64,000 bases of DNA. It comes from Octopus vulgaris. Taxonomy: Eukaryota. Location: the NCBI GenBank assembly GCA_951406725.2, contig OX597822.1, forward strand, positions 82,088,001 to 82,152,000, given 5' to 3'. Shown piece after piece: positions 12,136-24,252 of the stretch (its first letter is position 1; the number at the start of each line of letters is the position of its first letter). Position numbers and translations under genes: made by a program. The notes beneath the pieces are model-generated. The model did no database searches, had not been told where the DNA came from, and saw only the letters and a program-made list of their open reading frames with translations.

Positions 12136-14060
12136 GTTTTGGGCGTCCTTCCTCCTCAAGCTAACCCACCACCTGTTCCCTCCACGTTTTCCTCAGTCGA
12201 CCTTGCTTTTGTGGTCTATTTACCTCAAACTCAAGCACCCTCCTCAGAACATGCTCCTCATTTTTCCTCAGTGCCCATACCACTGCATCCCATTCCCCTT
12301 GCCAGCCATTCTTCTGATTCCTCCAACCTCAGCATCCCCATTAAGTCCTCAGTCCTCCTTTTATCAAATAGCTTCACTCCAACACATTTCTCTCACCATA
12401 GCTCTCTCGGTCCTTCTCAAAATTGTCATCTCTCTCTCCCTTAGACACCTTGTCTCACCCCCATACACCATTGCAGCTCTCATGCAACTTCTGTAGATTC
12501 TTCCTTTCATCTTCAATGAGAACCTTTTCCCATATAACAACGCTCCACATTCCCTGAACTTCACCCAGCCAAGTCTTGCTCGTTGTCACAGCTGCCACTT
12601 ATATCCATCCTATCACCCAAATAACAAAATCCTCTCACCATTGCCACCTTGTCACATAACATTTCCAGTGGTCTTGCCAGCCCTCCAGATCCTTTCTCAC
12701 ATCTTCCACAAACAAACTCTCTTGCCTGTCTTGGGGTCACCTTCTTCATTTTCGTACATCTACCATGAATCCATTTCTCACATCTCGTACACAACACTGC
12801 ATTTTCTATTACCCTCCTTCCACATACACCACATGGACCCATCTTACTAACACTTCTCCTTCCACCCCACTCACCATCACCTTTGTCTTCACAAGGTTTA
12901 CTTTCAAACCCTAGCTTTCAAATGCCTTCTTCCATTTCCAAAACTTCTCCCTCAGTCCCTCCATTGTCTCACTCATCAGAACAAGGTCATCCACATACAG
13001 TATCTCCATTATCATGCCTTCAATACCCCTTCCTTAAAAGACTTCCACAAATCTGGTGCATCAATTCTTACCAACTCCCCAACTCTCTATTCAAACCTTG
13101 CTCTTGTGTCTTCTTCCTTCAGTTTCCACATCTTTCTTCTTTCAACCGTTCCCTTTCTCACACACTTTTTAACTTTCCTCTTATCCAACTCCCCTGGTAT
13201 TCTCTTCAGCTCTCTCATATTTTCTGTTTTTCCAGCCAACCAACACGAAATCAATCTCTGTCTCATTCCCTTCTGCACAGAAAGTCACCTTCCTTTTCTC
13301 TGTTTTTCTAAACCATGTATTTGCCACTCCAACAGCATTCTTCCTTCCAAATTTCTCTCCCCAATTCTGTTTCACCCATGCACACCTTCAAAGCCCTGGA
13401 TCCATTTCCCAACATGTCCATTAAAATCACCCATGCCCAAAACCAATTCATCTACCTTGTGTAAGTCCCACTCGTCATTTCATCAAAGAACCACTCTTTC
13501 TCAGCGATCCCTCTTCCACTTAGTGGACCATACCCACAAATTACCCTCACCACTTCTTCCTCAAATGCTAACACTACCGTCATCACTCTATCACTCTTTC
13601 TCTTGAGCTCCACCACCTTCTCAGAGATTTCTTCCTTCACCAAAACTCCCCCCGGCTATTTCTCAACCACCACAACTAGTATGTTCTTCCCTTGACCCTA
13701 ACAAATCTTGCATCCTGGCCTCTCCACCTAGCCTTCTGCATACAGCACACATCCACCCTCCGCCTCCTTAATTCCTCACACACCCCAGTTCCTCTTCCAT
13801 GCAGACTGCCCTCATTCCAACTTCCCAACCCCAAGTTTCTCCTCAGACCGTCAGCCATCATGAGGCAAGTCATGCTGGCACAACTCAAGATGAGGGTTTA
13901 CACCTTCCTTTGGGCTGGATGGTGCACATTCTCCTTTGCTATCATGAAGTTTTCTCGGAGCTGGAGTTTCTACGAGGAGCATGCTCTTGCTTACTCCCAG
14001 CCTCAGATTGTAGACATGAGTGGTCCCGAGACCAAGGCCTCTATCACGATTTCTAAGAAA
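12136..14060 (-). mobile_element. Internally deleted RTE LINE (5' UTR, APE endonuclease, end of RT, PHD)
   Basis: GSWNEGSLHGR..VDVCCMQKARW, VICGYGP and TEIDFVLV (APE), then a direct join to ILYVDDL near 13011, then PCGVC..CTRCEKWIHGRC..CGRC and FCYLG. Confidence 0.9.
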
Positions 14061-14079
14061 TGTGGTGAAAAACTAGTTC

Positions 14080-16000
14080 GGGAAGGCAAGGACGCTACTC
14101 TCCGAGACCCCTTTCGGAGCCCCCTACCTAAACTATATATAAATGTATCACTACAAAAAGCGTATGAATATCATTATTATTATTATTTTAGACGTTATAA
14201 TAAGTTATCAAATATCACTTCCCTGCGCGAATAGTAAAAATGCAGAACACGACTCAAGGGAAATAACTCTGAATATAGTTTTTGTTTATGTAAAGGGGCG
14301 TTACTCTGAAGTCTTGCGCTTTCTCATAAGACAAATGCTGGTGTTTGTAAGGAGTCTCGGACATTTAACCCCAATAGACAATAACCACACACGGACAATT
14401 ACCCACGAGGACAACAGCAGATGATGATTTAAAACTTCTTAATATGTTGGAGGGGGTAATTAACCCAGGGGTTATTGTTGTAGGGGAGAATTGTAATATG
14501 GAGTGAGGGGGTGGTAACTGTGCTGATAGGGTTTGTAAGAGAACAGGGTAAACGAAACGTGGAATGTATTGAACGCTGTTGTTTTGCTCAAATTAACATT
14601 GAGCTAACAGACTTGGAATCGAACCAAGATCACAGAATTAAGAGTCCAATGTTCTACTAACTGTTTCAGTTACTGACTGCAGCCATGCTGGGGTACCACT
14701 ATGAAAGGTTTTAGTCTAACAGATTGCCCACAGTACTTATTGTTTAAAGTCTACTACATATTCTATCCGTATCTTTTGCTGAACCGCTAAGTTAAGGTTA
14801 CGTGTGGCGTATATATATTTACCTCCTGGAGGGGACTCTGGTCCGTCGCAGCGTTACTCATTCTTGCAGGCTGAGTGGACTGGAGCAACGTGAAATAAAA
14901 TGCCTTGCTCAAGAACACAATACTCCAGGAATCGAAATCACAATCTTACGATCATGTGTACAACACCCTAACCATCGAGCCACACCCTGGTGGAGACACA
15001 ATGGCCCAGTGGTTGGGGCATCGGACGCGCGGTCGTAGAATCGCGATTTCGATTCCCAGACTGGGCGTTGTGAGTAATTTATTGAACGAAAACACCTAAA
15101 GCTCCACGAGGCTCCGGCAGTGGGTGTTAGCGAACCTTGCTGTACTCTTTCACTCTTTCTTCCTGTTTCTATTGTACCTGTATTTCAAAGCGCCGGCCTT
15201 GTCTCACTCTGTATCACGCTGAATCTACCCGAGAACTACGCTAAGGGTACACGTGTCTGTGGAGTGCTCAGCCACTTGCACGTTAATTTCACGAGCGGGC
15301 TGATCCGTTGGTCGGATCAGCTGGAACCCTCGTCTTGCTTGTCTTTTTCTTTCTTATCCAACACCATTTTGTTGATGATGCCAAACCGAAACAGACTGTA
15401 ATGTGGTTCTGGATGACTTGCAGCCAGGTAAACCGGCCGCATCCTTCAATACATCACTTCATAAACAACAGACACGAATGGACAATCAATAACGACGGAA
15501 AGGAATATAAATCTTCGAAGAGTTGCGGTTGTTGTCTGGCCTCGTGTCAGCCCTCGTTGAACAAACCATTAATCAAAGCCGCTCCACATTTGATCATCCT
15601 AGTATTTTGTGTATGAACGACATTATCCAATATGATGTTTAAGGCTGCAGGGCTTGATCTGGGGGGAGATGCGGTTATTATTTCTAGCAACAGAGGCTCT
15701 CGCTCGTTGATTTTGTTGAGGTTCCATTTATTGTTATTTTAGACACATAAAAAGAGGAGCTCGAAAGACTTTACAGCAGGGAAATATCTGTAATCAGTGA
15801 GTGTAAACACGAGAGGTAGCGAATGGCAATTATTTATGTATCGGCGCAGGCGGAAAGTAATGATAGAGTTATCTCCCTTAACTTTAGAACGCACAGAGTG
15901 GGTTTTGTTTGTCGTTGAATCGCACCCGACTTGTTTTGTTATGCATAGGTAAATACATAAGGTGTGTGTGTGTGTGCATTCATGTGTGTGTTTGTGTGGT
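14080..16000. promoter_or_regulatory. CpG-retaining island, candidate bidirectional promoter
   Basis: Visibly CpG-richer than the flanks. Divergent AGAGTTAT(C/T)TCCCTT motifs at ~14256-14270(-) and ~15865-15879(+), GCGCAGG-GGAA(A)GT motifs on both sides, and outward donor-like sites at ~14127(-) and ~15949(+). Confidence 0.5.
14990..15335 (+). mobile_element. tRNA SINE, head C plus Nin/Deu-like tail
   Basis: A box TGGCCCAGTGG, B box TTCGATTCC. The head is shared with 30812-31000; the tail (CTTGCACGTTAATTTCACGAG) is shared with 29720-29860 and 42840-43000. Confidence 0.8.
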
Positions 16001-16532
16001 TCGACAATGTACTCAAAGTAATCATCAGTGAAGATTCAGCTTCCAGTAAATTACATCACTCTACTTTCTGTATTGAGTACTCCCGTTTTGCTTGCCTTGT
16101 TTACTCTTACGTGTTTATATCATCATTATCCTCATCAGCATCTTGATGTGCGTTTTTCTATGCTGGCATGGCTTGGACGTAGCGTCATGCCCCAAGTCCT
16201 TACTTGTAGTGAGGGGCCTCTTATTCAGATTAACATGACCCACCACCACCACCACTGCTTAGGACATTGCATGACACCTCATCGTGTGAATAAAATTTTG
16301 TAAATGAAAACAGCGAAAAAACTTGTCTACTACAGAGAGAGACAGACAGACAGACAGAGAAAGAGAGAGACAGAGAAAGAAAGACAGAGATAGAGACAGG
16401 GTGTGTGAGTGTGTGTGCATGTTTCCTTTGTCTTTTTTTATTTTTTAAAATTTGGTGGAGATGTGGTTCGTGCCTTTGGACTTGGTACACATGTATGCGT
16501 GCACACACACACAAACATTATATTACACATAA

Positions 16533-16924
16533 AGGAGTGACTGTGTGGTAAGTAGCTTGCTTCCCAACCACATGGTTCTGGGTTCAGTCCCACTGCAAGG
16601 CACCTTGGGCAAGTCTTTTCTACTATAGCCTCCGGCTGACCAAAGCCCTGTGAGTAGATTTGATCGACGGAAACTGAAAGAAGCCCATCTTGTGTGTGTG
16701 TGCGCGCATGTGTATGTTTGTGTGTCTGTTTGTCCCTCCCCACCATCACTTGACAACCAATGCTATGTGTTTACATCCCTGTAACTTAGTAGCTCAGCAA
16801 AAGAGATTGATAGAATAAGTACTAAGCTTACAAAGAACAAGTCCTGGTGTAAATTTGTTCGACTAAAGGCGGTGCTTCAGCATGGCCACAGTCAAATGAC
16901 TGGAGTAAACAACAGAATAAAAGA

Positions 16925-16926
<2 letters not shown>
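16533..16926 (+). mobile_element. Full-length CORE-type tRNA SINE (family A, OR2-like)
   Basis: tRNA-like head (GGTTCAGTCCC), CORE-like CCTTGGGCAAGT, internal (GT)n and the conserved tail. Confidence 0.9.
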
Positions 16927-16967
<41 letters not shown>

Positions 16968-18977
16968 AATGGGTTATAAAATGCTTCTATAAGAGTGGTG
17001 CAGAGAGTCACTGAGTTGTTTTCAGAGAAATTCAAATATTAAACATCAACTTGTATATCAGGATGGAGCAGTTGAGAGGCAGAAAGCAAAATGAAGAATC
17101 CTCACTGAGTGGACATGAAAGCAGAAAGATAGACAAATAATATTAGGCTTAAGAAAGGTATTTATATGAAAGGGTTCTGATCGAACTTGGTCAATGATTG
17201 ACTTTAAGCACCGATTCCTTGCACATGTTAGTGCTTTCTCCAAATCAAATTGAAAAAGACGTACATTCCTAATCACCTACAACCACCATCTCAAGGCTGA
17301 GACTAAATCTTAACGATATTTCTTGCTCTATATTTGATGCTGAAAAACCATACCTGGTTAGTCAACCACCATGCAATTTATATTGCTGAAAATTCCTTGG
17401 AATGTTTTGTGAGAATGAAGACCTCGCTCTCTTTAACAGGTTCTCTAACATATTTACCTTCTGCTGTCATCGTTATGACAAAACGTTTTCACATTACCAC
17501 AAATCATTAAGCTCAAACCCAACTATATACGTCTCGTATCCATCTCTGCATCTCTTCACCTTTGTTACATTTTCTCCTTAATACTTGTTCTCTACTGTAT
17601 TTCTGCGTACTTCACTTGGAGAAATTCCTGTCCTTTGCACACATCCACTGGTTCCCCTACCTCTCTTCCCCTCATTACCAATTCACCGTCACATCTCTTG
17701 CTTCACCTCCCACCACCTTGTATTACTGTCTGTATTTTTTGCAACTGATACACTTAACAATGCTTATCTTTATACACTGATAGTGTCTATCCATTTTATG
17801 ACCCAACCCTGGTCTGCTATGATTAACAAGTTTCTTTTGAACAGCTCCACCAAGTCCCTTTCCTCTCATTCTTAATTCCATAACAACTCTCTCTCCTTTC
17901 AACTCGTCTGCCAAGCCCCATTTTGCACTCTTAATTTTAAGGCCATTGTTTCTTTCTTGTGATGATACTTGACATCTTATAATAACCGACTCACCCACAT
18001 CTATTCCACTTCGCACCCACTTCTCTTCCCCCTCTCTCTTTATTCCTATCACTATGACCTCCTCCTCTGATGGTGACGAGCTAGCAGAATCATTATCACG
18101 CCAGCCAAAATGCTTAGCAGCATTTCATTCGTCTCCACATTCTGAGTTCAAATTCTGCCAAGGTTGACTTTGCCTTTCATCCTTTTGGGGTCAATAAAAT
18201 AAGTACTACTTGAACAGTGTCCTCATTAAAAGCCTATGATATGCAGGAGACCGACTGGGTGAGCAATACCTGTCGTCACCACAGATGAAGCACTCGCCAA
18301 ATCGCTACCCTTGTGCCAAAACTCTAAACCGATATTACTGCTCCTCTACTTCAAGAACTTCAAGATGATGCCCCAGTATAGCCACAGTCTAATGACTAAA
18401 CAAATAAAAGATAAAATATAAGACAGGCAGATAGACATAAATAAATGGAGATTTGTGGCAAAAAACTGACTGGTCAAACGAAAACATTCAAAAGAGTTTT
18501 TTTGATGCCCCTCAGTTGCTTTCCTTTTCAGTCAATCACTTTTGCCTTTTCTCTTCTTGCACAGCAATTGAACTATTGATAAAATAAATACTGGATAGAT
18601 TCCTGGGGCAAATACAGCGGATTGAAACTAAGGAAGGTCTAGCTCCAATAATTAAGAGTTCAATTAGTGAAGTCAATGTAAAACAAACAAGTTTTCATTA
18701 AAGTTAACATAAGTTGATGCTCAACCATAAAACAATCGCATTTTCTAGTTTTTCACAATCAACCTCACATTCAATGCCTGGTCTGTATGGTGGGTTTCCT
18801 TTGGAATTCTCTATCAAAAACTGAGTTGATTTTGTGTTGTATCGAATGGGTAAGAAATAAATGTTAATCTGAATGGGACACTGATATTACTGGTACCTGA
18901 ATCTGACTAAAATGTTAGATGGTTCGCTTTCCCTTTTTGCAAGGCACATGAAGACCCCCCCACACACACACATTCAC

Positions 18978-19040
<63 letters not shown>

Positions 19041-19522
19041 ACAGTTCTATATTTAAGAGATGAATTATGTATATTATTTACATTTGACGGATATTTGTCC
19101 TCATGTTGTTTGTTGTTAACACAACGTTTCGGTTGATATACCTTCTAGCTTTCATCAGGTGTCTTGGGGTAATTTCAAACCTAAGTTCTCATTCCTAAGG
19201 TATTTTTCGATGTTATTATTATTATTATTATGTTATTATTATTATTCAGGTCACTGCTTGGAATCGAACTCAGAATCTTGGACCATATGGCATAGTGGTT
19301 AAGAGCATGGGCTTACTAATCCCAAGATTCCGAGTTCGATTCCAAGCAGTGACCTGAATAATATTATAATAATAATAACATCGAAAAATACCTTAGGAAT
19401 GGGAACCCAGGTTCGAAATTACCCCAAGACACCTGATGAAGGCTGGAGGGTATATCAGCCGAAACAATGTGTTAACAACAAACAAGATGAGGACAAATAT
19501 CCATCAAATGTAAATAATGTAT
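19041..19522. mobile_element. Head-to-head inverted tRNA-head plus hammerhead element (Penelope-type non-autonomous)
   Basis: Arms ~19068-19281 and ~19322-19521 are inverted copies. A box TGGCATAGTGG, B box GAGTTCGATTCC. Each arm carries CTGATGA..GAAA. Confidence 0.8.
19428..19473 (+). ncRNA. Minimal hammerhead ribozyme motif (mirror copy at 19118-19163, minus)
   Basis: GACAC-CTGATGA-A-GGCTG(loop)CAGCC-GAAA-CAAT-GTGTT; the mirror copy has GAAA-CGTT-GTGTT. Confidence 0.75.
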
Positions 19523-19523
19523 G

Positions 19524-19554
<31 letters not shown>

Positions 19555-19589
19555 ATGTGTTTTGACACACACACACACACACACACACA

Positions 19590-20915
19590 CATATGATGAC
19601 AGTGACCATCCACTTGTGACTGAGGAAGACTATTGCTGACCTTTAGGAACACTGTGTGCTCTAGGACTATTTTATATTTTGCATTTGTGGCTCCATTGGT
19701 GGATAAAGAGCCCTGCCCTTGACAAGCATACATGACTGCAAACATTACGGACCAAGCTTCCCCATTCACTACGCCAGTAGTGTGCTTTCAAGCAGCACAC
19801 TTAAATTCTTCTTGAAAAATTTGTGCTCTTTCAAAGGTGTTGACACCTTCCTTAACCTGCTTCCTCCATCTGTGGCGATGACAGACATTGCTCACCCAGT
19901 TGGTCTCCTGCATATCACAGGTTTTTAATGAGGACTTGACACAGTCCTCAAATTGAAGCCTTGGTTTCTGCCGGGGTCTCTTTCCACTAACAAGTTCCCC
20001 ATATAGCATCTGTTTAGGGATCCTGCTATCCTTCATTCTAATAAGGTGTCCAGTCCAACATAACTGATGCTTGTGCACCATCACCTCGATACTCAAGATA
20101 TCAGCTGTCCTCAGGACCTGTGCATCTGGAGTTTTTAAGGTCCAGCCAACGTTCAGGATGTGTCTTATACATCTCTGATGGAAGTGTTCAAGGACCTTTA
20201 CATGATGTTTGTAAAGGGTCCATGTCTCACATGAGTAAAGGATCGATGTCAGTACACATGCACAGTACACAGCAATTTTTGTTTGTCTTGTAATGCCATG
20301 CTGGGACCAGACATGAGACTGAAGAGACTGGAAGGAATCAGTTGCTCTCTGCATCCTGAAAGATTTCATCACCAAGGAGCAAGAACAGCTGAGTGTGCTG
20401 CCCAGGTTGACAGACTTGTCTACCACTTTCAGAATTGTTCCTTCAACCAAAATAGCTGGTTCCATATATGGATTTCCTGGTGCAGGCTGGAACATTACAA
20501 CAGTCTTGTCCAGGCTAATGCTGAGTCCAAATGCCTTGCAAGAAGCAGAAATACGATTCATAAGTATTTGCATGTCATCCACTAAATGAGTGACTAAGTC
20601 AAAGTCATTTGTATAAAGGAGGTCAAGAATAAGAGACTTGAAAACTTTGGAATTGGCAGCAAATTGGCACAGATTAAAGAGGCAGCCAGAAGATCGATAC
20701 CTGACATATGATCCCAGAGAGTTAAACTTAACAAAAGCATGAGTAAAATCAGTAGCAAAGTACAAAGGAAAGAGAGTCAGGGCAAGGATGTCACCCTGCT
20801 TGACACCATTCTCTGCAGAAATGGGTCCTGCCATGCCACCACCAACATTGACCCAAGCCTCCATTCCATCATGAAATGATTTAATTATAGATACAAAGTG
20901 ATCCGGACATGGATG
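19590..20915 (-). mobile_element. RTE-BovB-like LINE, 5'-truncated RT and C-terminus
   Basis: Long open frame with NGVKQGDILA, LLYTND (decayed YADD), LYSCETWT, WTGHLIRM and RIPKQMLYGEL. The first ~40 aa of the 418-aa ORF come from SINE and microsatellite sequence. Confidence 0.95.
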
Positions 20916-21015
20916 TCTGGAAAACATACATACACACACAAATATATTTATAGTGAATGTGTGTATGTCTGCGTTTTCATGTGTCTTGCAATAAATATAT
21001 ATATATATATATATA

Positions 21016-21415
21016 GGGCAGCGAGCTGGCAGAATCATTAGCATGCCAGGCGAAATGCTTAGCGGTATTTCGTCTGCTGCTACGTTCTGAGTTCAAATTC
21101 CACCGAGGTCGACTTTGCCTTTCATCCTTTCGGGGTCGATTAAACAAGTACCAGTTATGCACTGGGGTCGATGTAATCGACTTAATTTGTGTGTCTGTCC
21201 TTGTTTGTCCCCTCTGTGTTTAGCCCCTTGTGGGTAGTAAAGAAATAGGTATTTCGTCTGCCGTTACATTCTGAGTTCAAATTCCGCTGAGGTCAACTTT
21301 GCCTTTCATTCTGTCGGAGGTCAATGAAATAAGTACCATTTACACACTGGGGTCAATGTAATTGACTTAATTCCTTTGTCTGTCCTCTCTATGTTTAGCC
21401 CCTTGTGGGCATATA
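21016..21415 (+). mobile_element. Meta-domain tRNA SINE (family B) with tandem partial duplication
   Basis: GAGCTGGCAGAA..GAGTTCAAATTCC..GCCTTTCATCCTTTCGGGGTCGAT..AAGTACCAG; a second unit starts ~21248. Other copies at 18072, 25478-25765(-), 26040(-), 28740(-), 30395, 39015, 39262, 44435, 52857 and 54115. Confidence 0.9.
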
Positions 21416-21428
21416 AATAAATAAATAA

Positions 21429-21467
<39 letters not shown>

Positions 21468-21828
21468 CACACACACATTTATGTATCTACATACTTATGC
21501 ATACACATGCATATGTATGAATGTGTAAGTAGATGTAATGTGGGTATACATACATAGATAAGTGTATATACAGTAATAAGATACAGAGATGAACATTTTA
21601 ACTTAATACAACCTCAATTGCGTATACTGGGTTTTTATTTAGTCAGGCATCTATTTGCAACATCAGTGAATGCTTTATTCACTTTCTTATATGGGAGCTG
21701 ACAAATTTTCATCTGCACAAGTACGTTCTTTTGAAAATGCTCCCCAAAATATTGTGTAACAGGGGTTCAAAACTTAATCTCTGTGTATGCAGTCAAACAT
21801 CAAAAACAAACCACCATAATTTCACTCG

Positions 21829-21920
21829 ATTGGTCAATTAATTGACCAGTCACTATGAAGTAATGACATGGACAGGTTTTCTCGAACATTCTAGAATTTG
21901 ACTTCCAGTCCCCTATAAAA
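21829..21920 (+). promoter_or_regulatory. Four-unit heat-shock element plus TATA box
   Basis: TTC-TC-GAA-CA-TTC-TA-GAA at 21879-21896, TATAAAA at 21914-21920, and an upstream ATTGG inside a palindrome. Confidence 0.45.
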
Positions 21921-22810
21921 ACCATTCAATGCACATTTTTCATCAGACAGATGACCCAGAAAGACCACTAAGACAGATGATGCAGATAGAGGACAGGACC
22001 CTCCATCCCCAAGAATGTAATAATAATAATAATGAAATTATTGTATACAGTGCTCAGGCGCACCACAACTTGTCAGAAAGTGCGTATAGAGTATATGCAG
22101 TAATGTACAAATGTCTGGAAAGCGAACAAGGTATGAGTCAGATACATGCTTGTGTGTGTATGGAGAGGAGAAAATCAGGTGTAGTGTTGGCGAATCTCGT
22201 TCTCAGTTACACTGGGGAAGCTGCATGTTGATATATCAAAAGCTTGCCATAAACTCCAAGCCATCTCTCTCTCTCTAAGTAATTATTGTTTTTGTTATCT
22301 GTAAAATACCAACACAGTTTGTCTTTCATCATCATCATTGTTTAACATCTATTTTCCATGCATGCATGGTAGTTTCTGTTTATCAAATCTACTCACAAGA
22401 TGTTGGTCTCTACAGCTGGATGCCCTTACCAACACCACCCACTCTCCAGAGTGCACTGGGTGCTTTTTACATGGCACCAGTGCTTTTTTTTACCCGGTGC
22501 CAGCATGGGTGCTTTTTTGTGTGGCACCAGCCCTTGAAGGGTTGCCGAGTAGCTTGCAAGATAAGGATGTTTCAGCTGAGCGAGAGGAACTGAGAAAAGT
22601 GGATGTGGGCCAGGCAAGCGGTTAGCATATGGCACGAGGACAGATATAACTGTTTTACTACAGGAGAGATACTTGGCTAACTCAATACGACAAAGAAGGG
22701 GAGGGTGGTAGGAGGGAGGGAGGGAGAGAGAGAGAGAAAGGAGAAGTTAGAGATAGTCATAGTGAAATAATTTGATGTGGAGGGTGTTTTGTTGAAATTT
22801 AGCTCACCAC

Positions 22811-22923
22811 AGGATGAGAAGATGGAAGGATGAGAAGATGGAAGGATGAGAAGATGGAAGGATGAGAAGATGGAAGGATGAGAGCATGGAAGGATGAGAG
22901 CATGGAAGGATGAGAGCATGGAA
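22811..22923 (+). repeat. 16-bp minisatellite, ~7 units
   Basis: AGGATGAGAAGATGGA / AGGATGAGAGCATGGA units. Confidence 0.9.
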
Positions 22924-22924
22924 G

Positions 22925-23390
22925 AAAAGGTTGAAAGAGCCACTGGCTTTGCTGGCAACAAATGGTTTCTCACTAGATGAAGGGTAGACTGTATGATGCT
23001 CAGATGCAGCATCCAATGCTGTATGTTGGCTTTGAATGTGAAGAATTTGCAAAGGATCAAAAGAAATGAAGTGAATATCGTTTGCTGGGTATGTGATGTT
23101 AGTATGCATTAATGGTAGGGTAAGGGATAAGCTGAGAGAATAAATAATAAAAGGGATCAGAAGCAGTGTGGACAGGCAAAGGCTTTGTTGGTTGGGGACA
23201 TGTGTAAGAAATGAAGAATAACAGCTGGGTATAGGAGGGGAAGACAGTTGTGGCAGTGGTGGCTCATGGGAGATATGGCAAGAAAGGGTGAAGGACTGAT
23301 CCCAAATAGTGAAACCCCATGAAGGAAATGATGTGGGATCACAATAAGAGAAAATACTATGATGTAGAAGACAGGACCAACTATTACAAG
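22925..23390 (+). mobile_element. Highly degenerate RTE 3' fragment
   Basis: Similar to 7060-7440 (LLATNGFSL..KGRLYDA). Confidence 0.65.
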
Positions 23391-23399
23391 CATATGAGT

Positions 23400-23578
23400 T
23401 ATGGTGATGATGATGATGAAGACAATGATGCTGACAATGGTGGCAGTGGTGATGATGAGGAAGAGATTGATTATGATGATGATGATGATGATAACAATGA
23501 TCATGGTGGTAGTGATGGTGATGATGTTGATGATGATGGAGGAGGAGGGTGATGTTTATGATGGTAATGACAATACTG

Positions 23579-23612
<34 letters not shown>

Positions 23613-23765
23613 GGATAATGTTGATGGTGGAGGACGTAGTGGTGGTGGCAAAGGAGAAGAAGCAGAGAATTGTGGAGGTGGTGGTGGTAGCAGTAGTTTT
23701 ATTTAGTGGTGGTGGTGGTGCTGCTGCTGGTGATGGTGGTGGTGGTTGTGGTTGTGAATTTTGAT
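23400..23765. repeat. Compound (GAT)/(AAT)/(GGT) microsatellite
   Basis: Direct inspection; source of the His/Asp/Ile homopolymer ORFs. Confidence 0.9.
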
Positions 23766-24166
23766 GACAGACGAGACCCACATATGAACACCCACATAAT
23801 CACATAACATGTTCACACCTACTCAGGGAGTTACACACTCATGAACCCCATAAGTAGACTACTTATAGACTAACCACTTTATATACACATTATACACACC
23901 ATGGGGACACCAAGCACATAGAAAGAGAGAGAGAGAGAGATACACACTCGGGAAGCACAGATATACTTACAGCCAAAGCTCTATGTACATGTACACACAC
24001 ACACACAAACACACAATACACATGCACAATGCATGCATATGCACATACGAACGCAAAAGTACCACACACCTCTTCTCTACCCTGCCACCTACAGATATAT
24101 TACACAGTAATTAAATCATCTCAGATGATTAAAATGGTTGACACATCTCACACATATTCTCTTTCG

Positions 24167-24252
<86 letters not shown>

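Noticed and set aside
17230-18070. Possible very old Penelope-like fragment
   Set aside because: Only faint motif resemblance (FLITYNHHL); not supportable without a search.
19281-19355. Functional tRNA gene
   Set aside because: No proper acceptor stem or terminator, and it is embedded in a repeat; the other tRNA-like heads are SINEs too.
22804-23781. 325-aa His/Ile/Pro-rich ORF
   Set aside because: Product of trinucleotide microsatellites, an antisense RTE fragment and a minisatellite.
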